Under the pieces are notes generated by a model. That model had not been told where the DNA came from, searched no databases, and was given only the letters and a program-made list of their open reading frames with translations. A DNA stretch of 64,000 bases, taken from the NCBI GenBank assembly GCA_963803805.1, contig CAWDOD010000009.1, positions 64,001 to 128,000 on the forward strand, written 5' to 3'. The stretch comes from an uncultured cyanobacterium. GTDB lineage: Bacteria; Cyanobacteriota; Cyanobacteriia; Cyanobacteriales; CAWCAG01. Positions 19,240 through 30,176 of the stretch are shown here, in pieces. Positions within the stretch are counted from its first letter, which is position 1, and each line of letters opens with the position of its first letter. Both the position numbers and the translations under genes were made by a program.

Positions 19240-21069
19240 ATGGAAATAACTACTTATTTAAGCAATACCAAGTATGAAATTCAAACTTTTGTAGAGCTAC
19301 TAAATTATAGAGGGCAAAATCAGCCTGATACAATAGCCTATACCTTTTTGAAGGATGGAGAAACACAGGTAAATACGCTAACTTATCAAGAATTAGATAA
19401 ACAGGCACGGGCGATCGCTGCTACGCTTCAAAGTCTCGTTTTTACTGGTTCCCGCGCCTTACTACTCTACCCATCAGGTTTAGAGTTTATTAATGCTTTT
19501 TTTGGGTGTTTGTATGCTGGGGTTATAGCTGTTCCTGCATATCTACCCCGACGCAACCAGAATATGTCTAGGTTACAAGCGATTATAGCTTCTTCACAGG
19601 CAGCAGTAGCACTGACTACAACCTCTTCCTTGGACTATCTCGAAAGCCGCTTCACTAAAGAGCCAGAATTAGCTCAGTTACCTTGGATAACTACGGATAA
19701 TATTGCTAGCGACCAAGCTCAAGCTTGGCGGCAACCGGACATAAAAAGCACTACCCTAGCGCTTCTTCAGTACACATCAGGTTCAACTGGTACACCAAAA
19801 GGGGTGATGGTTAGCCATAGCAATTTGCTACACAATGCTGCTTCAATCAACGAAAGTTTTGACGATACACCCAATAGTCAGGGGGTCATTTGGCTACCTC
19901 ACTACCACGATATGGGATTAATTGGAGGAATACTGCAACCTCTCTATATTGGTATGCCAACAGTTTTAATGCCAGCCACAATGTTTATACAAAAGCCTTG
20001 GCGCTGGTTACAGGCAATTTCCCGCTACAACGCAACCACTAGCGGCGGACCAAATTTTGCCTATGACCTTTGTATTCGTAAGATTACTCCTGAACAAAGG
20101 GCAAGTCTTGACTTAAGTAGCTGGGAAGTAGCTTTTACCGGGGCTGAACCCATTCGTGCTGAAACCTTAGAGCAGTTTGCTGCTACGTTTGCTGATTGTG
20201 GTTTTCGACGAGAGGCATTTCATCCCTGTTACGGAATGGCAGAAACAACTTTGATGGTTTCGGGGGGTTTGAGAAATACTCCACCCATTATTCGCCAAGT
20301 TAATGGGGAAGCACTTGAACGAAATCAAGTTGTGACAGCCACGAGTAAGCAAGAAATCACTCGCACAATAGTTAGCTGTGGTCAGGGTTTATTAGACCAA
20401 AAAATTGTGATTGTTGACCCTCAATCCCTAACTCCTTGTCCTCCTAACAGAGTGGGGGAGATTTGGATATCAGGTTTGAGTGTGGCTCAAGGCTATTGGA
20501 ATCAGCAGAAGGAAACAGAACAGACATTTCATGGCAATCTAGGGAATACGGATGACAGAACTTTTCTACGGACAGGGGATTTGGGATTTGTACAGGATGG
20601 TGAGTTATTTATTACCGGGCGCATTAAAGATGTGATTATCATCCGAGGACGAAACCATTATCCTCAAGACATTGAACTGACCGTAGAGAAGAGCCATGCA
20701 GCACTAAAGTCTGGTTGTGGAGCAGCATTTGCAGTAGAAGTAAAGGGTGAAGAGCGACTGGTAGTTGTTCAAGAGGTGGAACGGAGTTACCTACGGAAGC
20801 TGAATGCAAATGAGGTAATAGAGAGTATCCGTCGGGCTGTGACAGCAGAACACGCCCTACAGCTTTATGCAATAGTTCTAGTTAAGACTGGGAGTATCCC
20901 TAAGACTTCAAGTGGCAAGATTCAGCGCCACATATGTCGGTATAGATTTCTAACTGGAAGCTTGAATGTGGTAGGAGATTGGAGTCAAACGGCTCAGGGC
21001 AAATCGAAATTCATTCATCTACAAGTTGAGGTCGAATCTATGTTGAAGGAACTATCAACTAGTTTGTGA
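19240..21069 (+). CDS. Fatty acyl-AMP ligase (FAAL)
   Basis: LQYTSGSTGTPKGV, WLPHYHDMGLIG, CYGMAETTL followed by FAAL insertion, LRTGDLGF, IPKTSSGKIQR. Confidence 0.95.
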   Translation: MEITTYLSNTKYEIQTFVELLNYRGQNQPDTIAYTFLKDGETQVNTLTYQELDKQARAIAATLQSLVFTGSRALLLYPSGLEFINAFFGCLYAGVIAVPAYLPRRNQNMSRLQAIIASSQAAVALTTTSSLDYLESRFTKEPELAQLPWITTDNIASDQAQAWRQPDIKSTTLALLQYTSGSTGTPKGVMVSHSNLLHNAASINESFDDTPNSQGVIWLPHYHDMGLIGGILQPLYIGMPTVLMPATMFIQKPWRWLQAISRYNATTSGGPNFAYDLCIRKITPEQRASLDLSSWEVAFTGAEPIRAETLEQFAATFADCGFRREAFHPCYGMAETTLMVSGGLRNTPPIIRQVNGEALERNQVVTATSKQEITRTIVSCGQGLLDQKIVIVDPQSLTPCPPNRVGEIWISGLSVAQGYWNQQKETEQTFHGNLGNTDDRTFLRTGDLGFVQDGELFITGRIKDVIIIRGRNHYPQDIELTVEKSHAALKSGCGAAFAVEVKGEERLVVVQEVERSYLRKLNANEVIESIRRAVTAEHALQLYAIVLVKTGSIPKTSSGKIQRHICRYRFLTGSLNVVGDWSQTAQGKSKFIHLQVEVESMLKELSTSL

Positions 21070-21173
21070 GAAAGGGAGTGCTTTTGTAACGGCGAAATAA
21101 ATAGTGTTTGCTCTTTAAGCGAACAAGAGTCACAAGAATGAAAAGCTAATCCAAATAATTAAGGGTTTAAACA

Positions 21174-21509
21174 ATGGAAAATCAGGGTTTCCAAAAAATG
21201 GCATCTTCAGGTTCAGCAGGCTTTCTAACTACTATTCAAGACAATGTAAGCAAGAATCCACTAACAGCGACAGAGATTCAAGAGTGGATCGTTTCTTACT
21301 TAAGCCAACTATTAGAAATTGATCCTGATGAAGTAGATATCACAGTTCCCTTCGACCAATATGGTTTTGATTCCTCAGTTGCTGTAGGTATGACTGGTGA
21401 TTTGGAGGATTGGGTGGGTAGAAAAATTGATCCAACCCTGCTATACGATTACCCTACCATCGAAACTCTCGCTCAGCATTTGGTCGAGGAGTTCAAGACC
21501 AAAGAGTAG
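21174..21509 (+). CDS. Acyl carrier protein
   Basis: PFDQYGFDSSVAV (phosphopantetheine Ser), PTLLYDYPTIETLAQHL. Confidence 0.93.
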   Translation: MENQGFQKMASSGSAGFLTTIQDNVSKNPLTATEIQEWIVSYLSQLLEIDPDEVDITVPFDQYGFDSSVAVGMTGDLEDWVGRKIDPTLLYDYPTIETLAQHLVEEFKTKE

Positions 21510-21575
21510 AACACCTTATATTAGCTGACTCAGAAATGCCACTTGTCCTTGCTTGAAGGTTTTTAGGAGAATGCC

Positions 21576-22967
21576 ATGAGCAATACCACTAAAGATTTAG
21601 GTTTACCAAATAAAAATTTAGTCCCACCTGATGGAAAGATAAAGAAACACCTCAAACTAGCTGCAATCACCTATCAGCATAATACTGAGTCTGACTTCAC
21701 TGAAAAAATAGAAGAACTAGATAGTAAATTCAACTACAGCAGTAATAGCAATGACTATTGGAGCGAACCCGAACTCTCACTGCTTTATGGTACTCCACTC
21801 TACGAGCAAGCTTCCTCTTCTCAAAAATTGGCTCTCAATCACCTTTACTGGGCAACTCAGTATAACCAGACGGCTGCAACCGAAGCAAATGCTGTACTTT
21901 ATAATCAGGTGACGGCTGGAGTTTTCAGAGCGTTTAGTGGTTACGAAGCGCTGTGCAAAGAGCTAGACCTTGAAACAGTACAGGAACGGCATCATATTCA
22001 TGCCTTTCATATGATGGGCTACAAAACAAAAAAGGCTTTGTTAGGTTCCACGTTTAATACTTTTATTCAAGGAAAGTCTTATAAAAAGAAGGATTCTTGT
22101 CGAGGAGTTATACCAAGACAAATATTCACCTTTAATATGCTAAGTTCACCTTTGTCAGGATTTCAGGAAACTGCCCTGCGTTTCGCCACCAAAAAAGTGG
22201 TGCTGAAAAATCCAGCTTGTTGCTATTCTCGGTATTTGAAAGAGTTGGAAGCCAAAGGTGAATCAATTCCTGCTCAAACAACTGGTTTGTTAGGACAATT
22301 AGCACCTCGGCCTTTTCTACAATTCTTCACCTTGAACTGCGGAACTTCACCTTTCTTAGCTTGCCTGTTCTACGTTACGCGCTTCATGGCAAATATGCTG
22401 ATTAAGAATTACGAATACCGCTATTCCCAGTATTATAGAGAATTGGAAAAGCAAGGGAAATTTATTCCCGCCCCACTAGCTGTTTCTCACTACCATCTTT
22501 TGGATGAGGCTTTCCACACCACAACGTCTCAACTAATTGCTCGAGAACTATACAAGGATTTTCCGAAGCCTACAGCCTACGAGAAGTTTTTAGCTAATCT
22601 AATCATCTACAGGGCGCAAGTCGTGGTTCTCAGTGGGCTTTCTGGGGGAATACCTGCAATCTTTCGGAATGATGATACGTTCATGCTTTCGTTCTACAGG
22701 CTGCTACAGTCTCCTGTTTTCAATATGTCTAATCGAGAAGCCTTAGAGTGGCTCAGAGTGTGTATGTGTCAAGAACATGAAGGGTTTTATCTCACTCTCA
22801 AATACCACCAACGCCTCTTGTCAGATCTCCGCCGGCTTTTTGAACCTATTGATTACCTTTGGTCTGTCAACCGCGAGATGAACATTATGGCCGTCGGAGG
22901 TGTAATTAGTAAAGCTATCTCCAACAACATTAAGGCTTTTGAAAAGTTTTCTCAAACTTTTGTTTAA
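21576..22967 (+). CDS. CylC-type dimetal-carboxylate halogenase (AurF/ferritin-like fold)
   Basis: YWSEPELSLLYGTPLYEQAS..QKLALNHLYW, LDLET.QERHHIHAF, SHYHLLDEAFHTTTS (two EXXH-type motifs); FAAL-ACP-halogenase order as in cyl/col clusters. Confidence 0.88.
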   Translation: MSNTTKDLGLPNKNLVPPDGKIKKHLKLAAITYQHNTESDFTEKIEELDSKFNYSSNSNDYWSEPELSLLYGTPLYEQASSSQKLALNHLYWATQYNQTAATEANAVLYNQVTAGVFRAFSGYEALCKELDLETVQERHHIHAFHMMGYKTKKALLGSTFNTFIQGKSYKKKDSCRGVIPRQIFTFNMLSSPLSGFQETALRFATKKVVLKNPACCYSRYLKELEAKGESIPAQTTGLLGQLAPRPFLQFFTLNCGTSPFLACLFYVTRFMANMLIKNYEYRYSQYYRELEKQGKFIPAPLAVSHYHLLDEAFHTTTSQLIARELYKDFPKPTAYEKFLANLIIYRAQVVVLSGLSGGIPAIFRNDDTFMLSFYRLLQSPVFNMSNREALEWLRVCMCQEHEGFYLTLKYHQRLLSDLRRLFEPIDYLWSVNREMNIMAVGGVISKAISNNIKAFEKFSQTFV

Positions 22968-23029
22968 AGAAAGTTCAACATTATGAATGTTTGAATTGGT
23001 TTGTTTGCAAATTAACTAGAGGTTTAGTA

Positions 23030-26000
23030 GTGGAACCCATAGCAATTATCGGTATTGGTTGTCGTTTTCCCAAAGCAAAAGACCCTGAATCCTTCTGGCA
23101 GTTGTTGCGTGATGGTGGAGATGCGATCACACAAGTGCCTCAAGAGCGGTGGAATATTGATGCATTCTATGACCCAGAACCCGGTACACCAGGAAAAATG
23201 AGTACCCGTTGGGGTGGATTCCTGGAGCAGGTTGACCAATTCGATCCTGCTTTCTTCGGGATTTCCCCTCGTGAAGCAGAGCGAATAGACCCTCAGCAAA
23301 GGCTAGTTTTGGAAGTCGCTTGGGAAGCATTAGAAAATGCCGGGATTGCACCTAACAAGCTAGCTGGAAGTCAGACAGGGGTTTTCATGGGAGTTGGTAA
23401 CTACGATTATTGCAGGTTACTAGCTAAGGATATAAATCTTGTAAACGCCTATGACGGCACTGGAAATACTCTTTCTATTACAGCTAATCGCCTATCGTAC
23501 ATTCTGAATCTGCGGGGGCCGAGTGTACTTATTGAGACAGCCTGCTCCTCGTCTTTGGTAGCATTGCATTTTGCCTGTCGGAGTTTGCAAAGTGGAGAAT
23601 CTAATTTGTGCTTAGTGGGTGGAGCCAGTCTGATGCTATCTCCAGAACCGTTTATCACCTACTCCCATGCGCGGATGATGGCAGCCGATGGTCGCTGTAA
23701 AACTTTTGACGCTAGTGCAGATGGTTATGTTCGGGGGGAAGGATGTGGTGTGGTTGTCATCAAGCGCCTCTATGATGCTCTCAGGGAAGAAGATAATATT
23801 CTAGCAGTTATTAAAGGTACAGCAGTTAACCAGGATGGTCTGAGCAATGGACTGACCGCTCCTAATAGCCTTTCCCAGCAGGAAGTTATCCGTCAGGCTT
23901 TGAAAAATGCTGAAGTGACTCCTGCTCAAATTAGCTACGTTGAAGCTCATGGTACTGGTACATCTTTAGGAGATCCCATTGAAGTTAAATCCTTAAAAGC
24001 TGTGTTGATGAAGGAGCGGGAGGCAGACCAACCCTGTTGGCTAGGTTCAGTCAAAACGAATATTGGTCATTTGGAAGCCGCTTCTGGAATGGCTGGTTTA
24101 ATTAAAGTAGTTCTTTCCCTAAAACATAAAGAAATTCCTCCTCACCTGCACCTAAAGCAGCTCAACTCCCTAATTTCCCTAGAAGGGACTACTTTTGCTA
24201 TTCCCACCGAGTGTCAACCTTGGTTGGCTGGTGCAGAAAGCTGCTTAGCTGGACTCAGTGCATTTGGCTTCGGTGGCACTAACTGCCACGTAGTTTTAGA
24301 AGAAGCTCCCTCTCAGGAAGTGGGGAAAATTCCAGAGCTAAATTCTACATTAGGGCAAAACTCTATTAAGAGCGATCGCCCTCTCCATCTTCTCAGTCTT
24401 TCAGCAAAAAATGAGCAGGCTTTAAAAGAGTTAGCCAAACGTTATACAGATTTCTTAGTTGCTCATCCTGAGAAATCCTTAGCAGATGTCTGTTTTACAG
24501 CAAATACGGGGCGATCGCATTTTGATTATCGCCTAGCTGTAGTAGCTGAATCGACTAAACCGATGCAAGGAGTACTAGAAGCTTTCACTGCTGGTAGGGA
24601 GACTACGGGACTAATAAGTGGACGGGTACAACCTAAGAAGTACCGGAAAGTAGCTTTCCTTTTCACAGGTCAGGGGTCACAGTATGTAGGCATGGGACAG
24701 CAACTCTATGACACCCAACCTATTTTCCGCCAAACCCTTGAGCGCTGTGATGAAATTTTACGTCCCTATCTAAAGCAACCCTTGCTTTCAGTAATCTATC
24801 CTGAATCAGGAGTAAGTTCTCTCCTTAATGAAACAGGCTATACTCAACCTGCCTTATTTGCCTTGGAGTATGCTCTGTTTCAGTTATGGAAATCTTTGGG
24901 AATAGAACCTTCTGTTGTCATGGGTCATAGTGTGGGGGAATATGTTGCGGCTTGTGTTGCTGGAGTATTCAGCCTTGAAGATGGTTTGAAATTAATGGCA
25001 GAACGGGGCCGTTTGATGCAGGCTCTACCTCAGAATGGTGAGATGGTAGCCGTGCTAGCAAGGGAAACCCAAGTAGCAAAAGCCATTCAACCCTACACTC
25101 AAGATATCTCAATTGCCGCCATCAACGGCCCTCAAAGTATTGTCATTTCTGGGAGACGTGAAGCAGTTCGAGCAGCGATCGCAGCTTTAAACACTAAAGG
25201 AATAAAAACAAAAAGGTTAACTGTATCTCATGCTTTCCACTCTCCTTTAATGGAGCCTATGTTAGCTACTTTTGAGAAAGTCGCGGCCTCCGTATCATAC
25301 TCTCTGCCAAAAATTAAGTTAATTTCTAACCTCACTGGAGAACTTGCCACAACTGAGGTAACAAATCCTCAATATTGGTGCCATCATGTGCGACAACCAG
25401 TAAAATTTGCTGCCAGTATGGAAACCCTTTACCAACAGGGTTACGAAATGTTTCTAGAAATTGGAGCGCGACCGACTCTATTAGGTATGGGTCGCTACTG
25501 CTTACCAGAAAATCTAGGCATTTTTCTTCCTAGCTTGTCTCCAACCCAAGAAGATTGGCAACAGCTTCTGCAAAGTTTAGCAGCATTATATGTACGCGGC
25601 CTACCAGTAGATTGGTCTGCCTTTGACCAAGATTATTCCCGTCGCCGCCTCCAACTACCGACTTATCCATTTCAACGGCAACGCTACTGGGCAAACATTT
25701 CTGAAGATAGTCCTCAAAAGTCCTTGTCTAAAGATAATCCACTCACTAATTTGCTACTCAAAGGCAATACCAAACAGTTAGCTCAGCATTTAGAAACCAC
25801 AGGAAAACTATCAAAAGATGAGTTGAAATTACTGCCTAAGCTGCTACAACTATTAGTTCATCACAATCAGGAGCAACTTAAGGTAACATCCATTGAAGAT
25901 TGGTTTTGTGAAATAGAATGGCAGCTACAGCCACGCAGATCCACCAACCATAAGCAAAACGGGTTCCATAAACCTGGTAGTTGGTTAATTTTAGCTGACG

Positions 26001-28909
26001 AGGGAAGTGTAGGACAAACCATAGCTAAGCTTCTTTACCAACAGGGTCACACCTGTATTCTGGTTTATGTTGGAGATGCTTACCAGATTAAAGAAGACGG
26101 AACATACATCATCAATCCTGCTAGTCCAACAGACTTTGAGCGTCTTTTCCAAGAAGTTGTAGGAAACCTAAATCCACCTTTACAGAAAGTTATTCACCTT
26201 TGGAGTTTACAGGCTCAAGTCGCTTCAGAATTGACAATCTCCTCTTTGAAACAGGCTCAAATTCTAGGTGTTGGTAGCACACTCCATTTGTTACAAGCAT
26301 TAGTGAAATTTAATCATTTTCCTCGGTTGTGGTTAGTGACACGGGGGGCGACACCAGTTGGAAGTAAACTTCCTGGAATTGCTCAAGCACCTCTTTGGGG
26401 ATTGGGTAAAGTTGTTTCTCTAGAACACCCAGAACTATGGGGAGGAATGCTGGATTTAGCTTTTGAGGCTACAGAAGACGAAGTAACAAAGCTTTTAGCC
26501 GAAATTCAAGATTATCAAGACGAAGATCATTTAGCTTTCCGAGAGGGAAACCGTTATGTAGCTCGCTTGGTAAAAAAGCCACTACCGGAAGTCAAAGAAA
26601 TTTCTTTTCATTCAGATGGTACTTACCTAATTACTGGTGGTTTAGGAGCGTTGGGGCTGAAAGTTGCTTGCTGGATGGTAGAACGGGGTGTCCGACAACT
26701 GGTACTCACCAGCCGCCGTGGAACTGTAACTCCGGTACAGGAAACCTTAAGACAACTGGAGCAGGCAGGAGCCAAGGTTGTCGTGGCTAGGGCAGATGTA
26801 TCTCAAGAAGAGGATATGGTCAGAATTTTTGAAGAAATTGAAACATCAATGCTACCTCTGCGAGGTATTGTTCATGCTGCTGGCGTTCCTGGCTACGAAG
26901 CGATTAAAGATATGAACTTTAACAGCTTTGAGTCTGTGCTTCGTCCCAAAGTAGAAGGGACATGGATTCTACATCAACTGACCAAAGGGATGAAGTTAGA
27001 CTTTTTTGTTAACTTTTCCTCTATTTCGTCAGTGTGGGGGTCTAAAGGACAGGCCCACTATACAGCAGCAAATTGTTTTCTTGATCTGTTAGCTCACTAT
27101 CGTCAGGGACTAGGACTACCTGCTTTAAGTGTGAATTGGGGGCCGTGGCAAGGTGGCGGCATGGCTGTTGAAGAATTTCAGACCTGGATGACTAAGCTAG
27201 GGATGGAAGTCTTGCAGCCAGAGCAGGCGCTTACTGCCCTAGAATATCTACTTGAAGCAGGCTGTGTTCAAACAACTGTGGCTAATGTTGATTGGACTCG
27301 ATTCAAAAGTATCTATGAAACACGAGGAAAGCGATTGCTGTTAGAACAAATTGAAGTAGGCGAAGCCACTGAGCAACAGGATTCAAAGCAACAATCGGAG
27401 ATTTTAGAGAAATTAGATGCAGCTTCGGTACAAGATTACTATTCCATTCTGGTAGCTTACCTTCAAAGCTTAGTTGCCAAAGTATTAAGGCTTGCCTCAT
27501 CTCAACTAGTTTCTCCTCAACAAGGTCTTTTTGAGATGGGTATGGACTCACTAATGACAGTTGAGTTGGTTGAATTGGTTCAGTCTCAGTTAAAGTTAAA
27601 ATTATCGATGTTAGAGGTTTTGCAGGCACATAATATTGATAAGTTAGCTAAGCTATTACTTCAACAACTTGCTCCGAATATCTCCACTCCGTCTGCTACC
27701 GAGAATGAGTTGAATCTCACTCATGAGGCTGTTCTAGAAGATTCAATCACTCCAGAAAACGTCGATGTTGAGCTTGCTCAAATAAGTTCAATCTTTTTGA
27801 CTGGCGCAACAGGTTTCTTAGGGGCGTTTTTACTAAAAGAACTTCTAGAAAAAACCGATGCAAAGCTTTATTGTTTAGTTCGTGCAACCGACCCTACTTC
27901 AGGATTGCAGAAAATTTACAAAAACTTATACAAATACTCCTTATTAGAGGGGCAACTAAGTCCTAGAATTATTCCTGTTGTTGGCAATCTATCTCAACCT
28001 AGATTAGGTCTTGGAGCAGAACAGTTTAAAGAATTAGCTGAGGGAATTGATGTTATTTATCACAATGGAGCAGTTCTAAACTTTGTCTACCCTTATTCAG
28101 CTTTGAAGCCAACTAACGTTCTGGGTACGCAGGAAATACTGCGCTTAGCTTGTCAGTCTAAGGTTAAACCTCTCCACTATGTTTCTACTGACGCTGTGTT
28201 TGATTCGTCTGCTTATTACGGCAAGGAAGTCAGAGAATCAGAGGCAATTTTTCACGCAGAAGGAATTGACCTTGGCTATACCCAAAGTAAGTGGGTAGCA
28301 GAAAAATTAGTTACCATTGCTCGCGATCGCGGACTTCCAGTTTCTATCTACAGACCGCCTTTGATTGCTGGGGATAGTAAAAGTGGTATTTGGAAGACCG
28401 ATGACTTTACCTGCCGATTCATCAAAGGCTGCATTCAAATGGGAAGCATACCGGATATGAGTTGTGATGTTACCTTAGTTCCAGTGGATTATGTTAGCCA
28501 AGCAATCGTTCATCTGTCCTTGAAAAAGGGGTCGCTAAGCAGGGCATTTCACTTAAATAATCCCAATGCTTCTAGCTGGGATAAAGTGACCGATTGCATC
28601 AATGAGCTAGGTTATCCTCTTCGGACATTGCCTTATGAGAAATGGGAAGCCGAACTTATCGCAATAGTAGGAGCGAAGGAGAATGCTTTAAGTAGCCTCT
28701 TACCCTTCTTTTTACGGCGATGGTCACAGGAAAAACTAACTTTTGCTGGGCTTGGTCAAAGAAGAGTCAAACTTAACTGTAAAGAGACAATTGCTAGTCT
28801 TGCAGATAGTTTTATTAATTGTCCTGCCGTGGATTATCAATTACTGAACACCTATTTTTCTTATTTCAATCGCAGCAGTTTCTTAGAGACTCCCAAACAA
28901 CGGATTTGA
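23030..28909 (+). CDS. Type I PKS: KS-AT-KR-ACP-thioester reductase
   Basis: GTG start (VEPIAIIGIGCRFP) after AGAGGT; KS ETACSSS/EAHGTGT/NIGHLE; AT GHSVG and HAFH (malonyl); KR GGLGALG and YTAAN; ACP GMDSL; R domain FLTGATGFLG and YTQSK. Confidence 0.95.
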   Translation: MEPIAIIGIGCRFPKAKDPESFWQLLRDGGDAITQVPQERWNIDAFYDPEPGTPGKMSTRWGGFLEQVDQFDPAFFGISPREAERIDPQQRLVLEVAWEALENAGIAPNKLAGSQTGVFMGVGNYDYCRLLAKDINLVNAYDGTGNTLSITANRLSYILNLRGPSVLIETACSSSLVALHFACRSLQSGESNLCLVGGASLMLSPEPFITYSHARMMAADGRCKTFDASADGYVRGEGCGVVVIKRLYDALREEDNILAVIKGTAVNQDGLSNGLTAPNSLSQQEVIRQALKNAEVTPAQISYVEAHGTGTSLGDPIEVKSLKAVLMKEREADQPCWLGSVKTNIGHLEAASGMAGLIKVVLSLKHKEIPPHLHLKQLNSLISLEGTTFAIPTECQPWLAGAESCLAGLSAFGFGGTNCHVVLEEAPSQEVGKIPELNSTLGQNSIKSDRPLHLLSLSAKNEQALKELAKRYTDFLVAHPEKSLADVCFTANTGRSHFDYRLAVVAESTKPMQGVLEAFTAGRETTGLISGRVQPKKYRKVAFLFTGQGSQYVGMGQQLYDTQPIFRQTLERCDEILRPYLKQPLLSVIYPESGVSSLLNETGYTQPALFALEYALFQLWKSLGIEPSVVMGHSVGEYVAACVAGVFSLEDGLKLMAERGRLMQALPQNGEMVAVLARETQVAKAIQPYTQDISIAAINGPQSIVISGRREAVRAAIAALNTKGIKTKRLTVSHAFHSPLMEPMLATFEKVAASVSYSLPKIKLISNLTGELATTEVTNPQYWCHHVRQPVKFAASMETLYQQGYEMFLEIGARPTLLGMGRYCLPENLGIFLPSLSPTQEDWQQLLQSLAALYVRGLPVDWSAFDQDYSRRRLQLPTYPFQRQRYWANISEDSPQKSLSKDNPLTNLLLKGNTKQLAQHLETTGKLSKDELKLLPKLLQLLVHHNQEQLKVTSIEDWFCEIEWQLQPRRSTNHKQNGFHKPGSWLILADEGSVGQTIAKLLYQQGHTCILVYVGDAYQIKEDGTYIINPASPTDFERLFQEVVGNLNPPLQKVIHLWSLQAQVASELTISSLKQAQILGVGSTLHLLQALVKFNHFPRLWLVTRGATPVGSKLPGIAQAPLWGLGKVVSLEHPELWGGMLDLAFEATEDEVTKLLAEIQDYQDEDHLAFREGNRYVARLVKKPLPEVKEISFHSDGTYLITGGLGALGLKVACWMVERGVRQLVLTSRRGTVTPVQETLRQLEQAGAKVVVARADVSQEEDMVRIFEEIETSMLPLRGIVHAAGVPGYEAIKDMNFNSFESVLRPKVEGTWILHQLTKGMKLDFFVNFSSISSVWGSKGQAHYTAANCFLDLLAHYRQGLGLPALSVNWGPWQGGGMAVEEFQTWMTKLGMEVLQPEQALTALEYLLEAGCVQTTVANVDWTRFKSIYETRGKRLLLEQIEVGEATEQQDSKQQSEILEKLDAASVQDYYSILVAYLQSLVAKVLRLASSQLVSPQQGLFEMGMDSLMTVELVELVQSQLKLKLSMLEVLQAHNIDKLAKLLLQQLAPNISTPSATENELNLTHEAVLEDSITPENVDVELAQISSIFLTGATGFLGAFLLKELLEKTDAKLYCLVRATDPTSGLQKIYKNLYKYSLLEGQLSPRIIPVVGNLSQPRLGLGAEQFKELAEGIDVIYHNGAVLNFVYPYSALKPTNVLGTQEILRLACQSKVKPLHYVSTDAVFDSSAYYGKEVRESEAIFHAEGIDLGYTQSKWVAEKLVTIARDRGLPVSIYRPPLIAGDSKSGIWKTDDFTCRFIKGCIQMGSIPDMSCDVTLVPVDYVSQAIVHLSLKKGSLSRAFHLNNPNASSWDKVTDCINELGYPLRTLPYEKWEAELIAIVGAKENALSSLLPFFLRRWSQEKLTFAGLGQRRVKLNCKETIASLADSFINCPAVDYQLLNTYFSYFNRSSFLETPKQRI

Positions 28910-28932
28910 TAATTATTTCAACAGTATGAGGC

Positions 28933-30153
28933 TTGAACAGAATGAAACCTCTCAAAATCCACACTCTGGCTTTTTTAGTAACTGGTTTTCCTCCAGACGT
29001 AAGCGGCGTTTCTCACTTTAATTGGGAACGTGTCCAATGGTTTGCCCAGCAAGAAATGTATCGTGTTGTTGTCTTTGCACCTGATTGGCAAAAACAGTCC
29101 AATGAGTTATTGGGGTTGTCAAAATTAGAGGGGAAATTGATTATTGAACGCTATCCCTCAAAGCCTTGGCTTCCCTACAAACTAACTCATGTTCCCAAGT
29201 TTCGTGCAGCCCGTGAAATCAATCAAAAGTTAGCTGATTACCAACCCGACTTGATTGTTGTGACAGACGTAGAGCGCTTTTTCTTATTAAGTGCGTGGCA
29301 ATTGCCAGGTCAGCGTTATGCCAAGGAGCATTGTATTCCCTACCTAGCTGAATACCACACAGACCTTTACAATTTTTCAGCCGCTTATCCAGGTTGGCAG
29401 TGGTTACGAAAGCTGGTTCGTAGTTCTCATTTAGTAAGTTATTTATATAGTGATATCAATATGACAATATGTTCGAGTAATGCTGCTAGTCAAAGCTGTA
29501 AAGAACTGGGGATTAACAAAGTTCAGACGATTCCTTTTTTAGGCATTGACGTTTCCACCTATAGCCCCAATCGGGGTCACCGAAAATGGTTAGAACCTTG
29601 GTTGAGTCATCAGGAAAGGGATAATAAAGTCTTGCTTTTCTTGGGTCGTCTTGGTTTCGAGAAAAGAGTAGATTTACTCATCGAAGCATTTGCAAAGTTA
29701 AAGAGTAAAGAACCTAATTATTCTCTTCTTATCGCCGGGGATGGGCCTGTTGAAGTTGTAAACAAACTCAGACGCCTTGCTGAAACGGTTGACAACATCC
29801 ACTTTACAGGCTTTCTCGTTGGAGAAACCAAGGCTAATGTGCTGTCTTCGTGTGATGTGTTTTGCAGTCCTTCTCCTTACGAAACTTTTGGACGGACAAT
29901 TGTGGAAGCGATGGCTTCAGGAGTTCCGGTTGTAACTGTCGATAGCGGCGCGGTATCTGAATACATAATTCACGGTGTAAATGGATATCTCGTTCCAAGT
30001 GGCGATGTTGAAGGATTAGCTAATGGTATTCACAAAGCTTTATCAAGCGACAATACACAAATGATTAAGCAGGTATTGCGGGATGCAAAGCAGTTCTCCC
30101 TCTCTCAAGGCTGTCGGAATTTGCATGACTACTATCAGCAATTATTGAATTGA
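28933..30153 (+). CDS. Glycosyltransferase family 4 (GT-B)
   Basis: FPPDVSGVS, LFLGRLGFEKRVDLLIEAF, ETFGRTIVEAMASGVPVV. Confidence 0.92.
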   Translation: MNRMKPLKIHTLAFLVTGFPPDVSGVSHFNWERVQWFAQQEMYRVVVFAPDWQKQSNELLGLSKLEGKLIIERYPSKPWLPYKLTHVPKFRAAREINQKLADYQPDLIVVTDVERFFLLSAWQLPGQRYAKEHCIPYLAEYHTDLYNFSAAYPGWQWLRKLVRSSHLVSYLYSDINMTICSSNAASQSCKELGINKVQTIPFLGIDVSTYSPNRGHRKWLEPWLSHQERDNKVLLFLGRLGFEKRVDLLIEAFAKLKSKEPNYSLLIAGDGPVEVVNKLRRLAETVDNIHFTGFLVGETKANVLSSCDVFCSPSPYETFGRTIVEAMASGVPVVTVDSGAVSEYIIHGVNGYLVPSGDVEGLANGIHKALSSDNTQMIKQVLRDAKQFSLSQGCRNLHDYYQQLLN

Positions 30154-30176
30154 GCTAAATATACGGTAATCAAACG

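Noticed and set aside
22991-23029. TTG start of the PKS
   Set aside because: GTG at 23030 has an RBS-like AGAGGT and begins the canonical EPIAIIG motif
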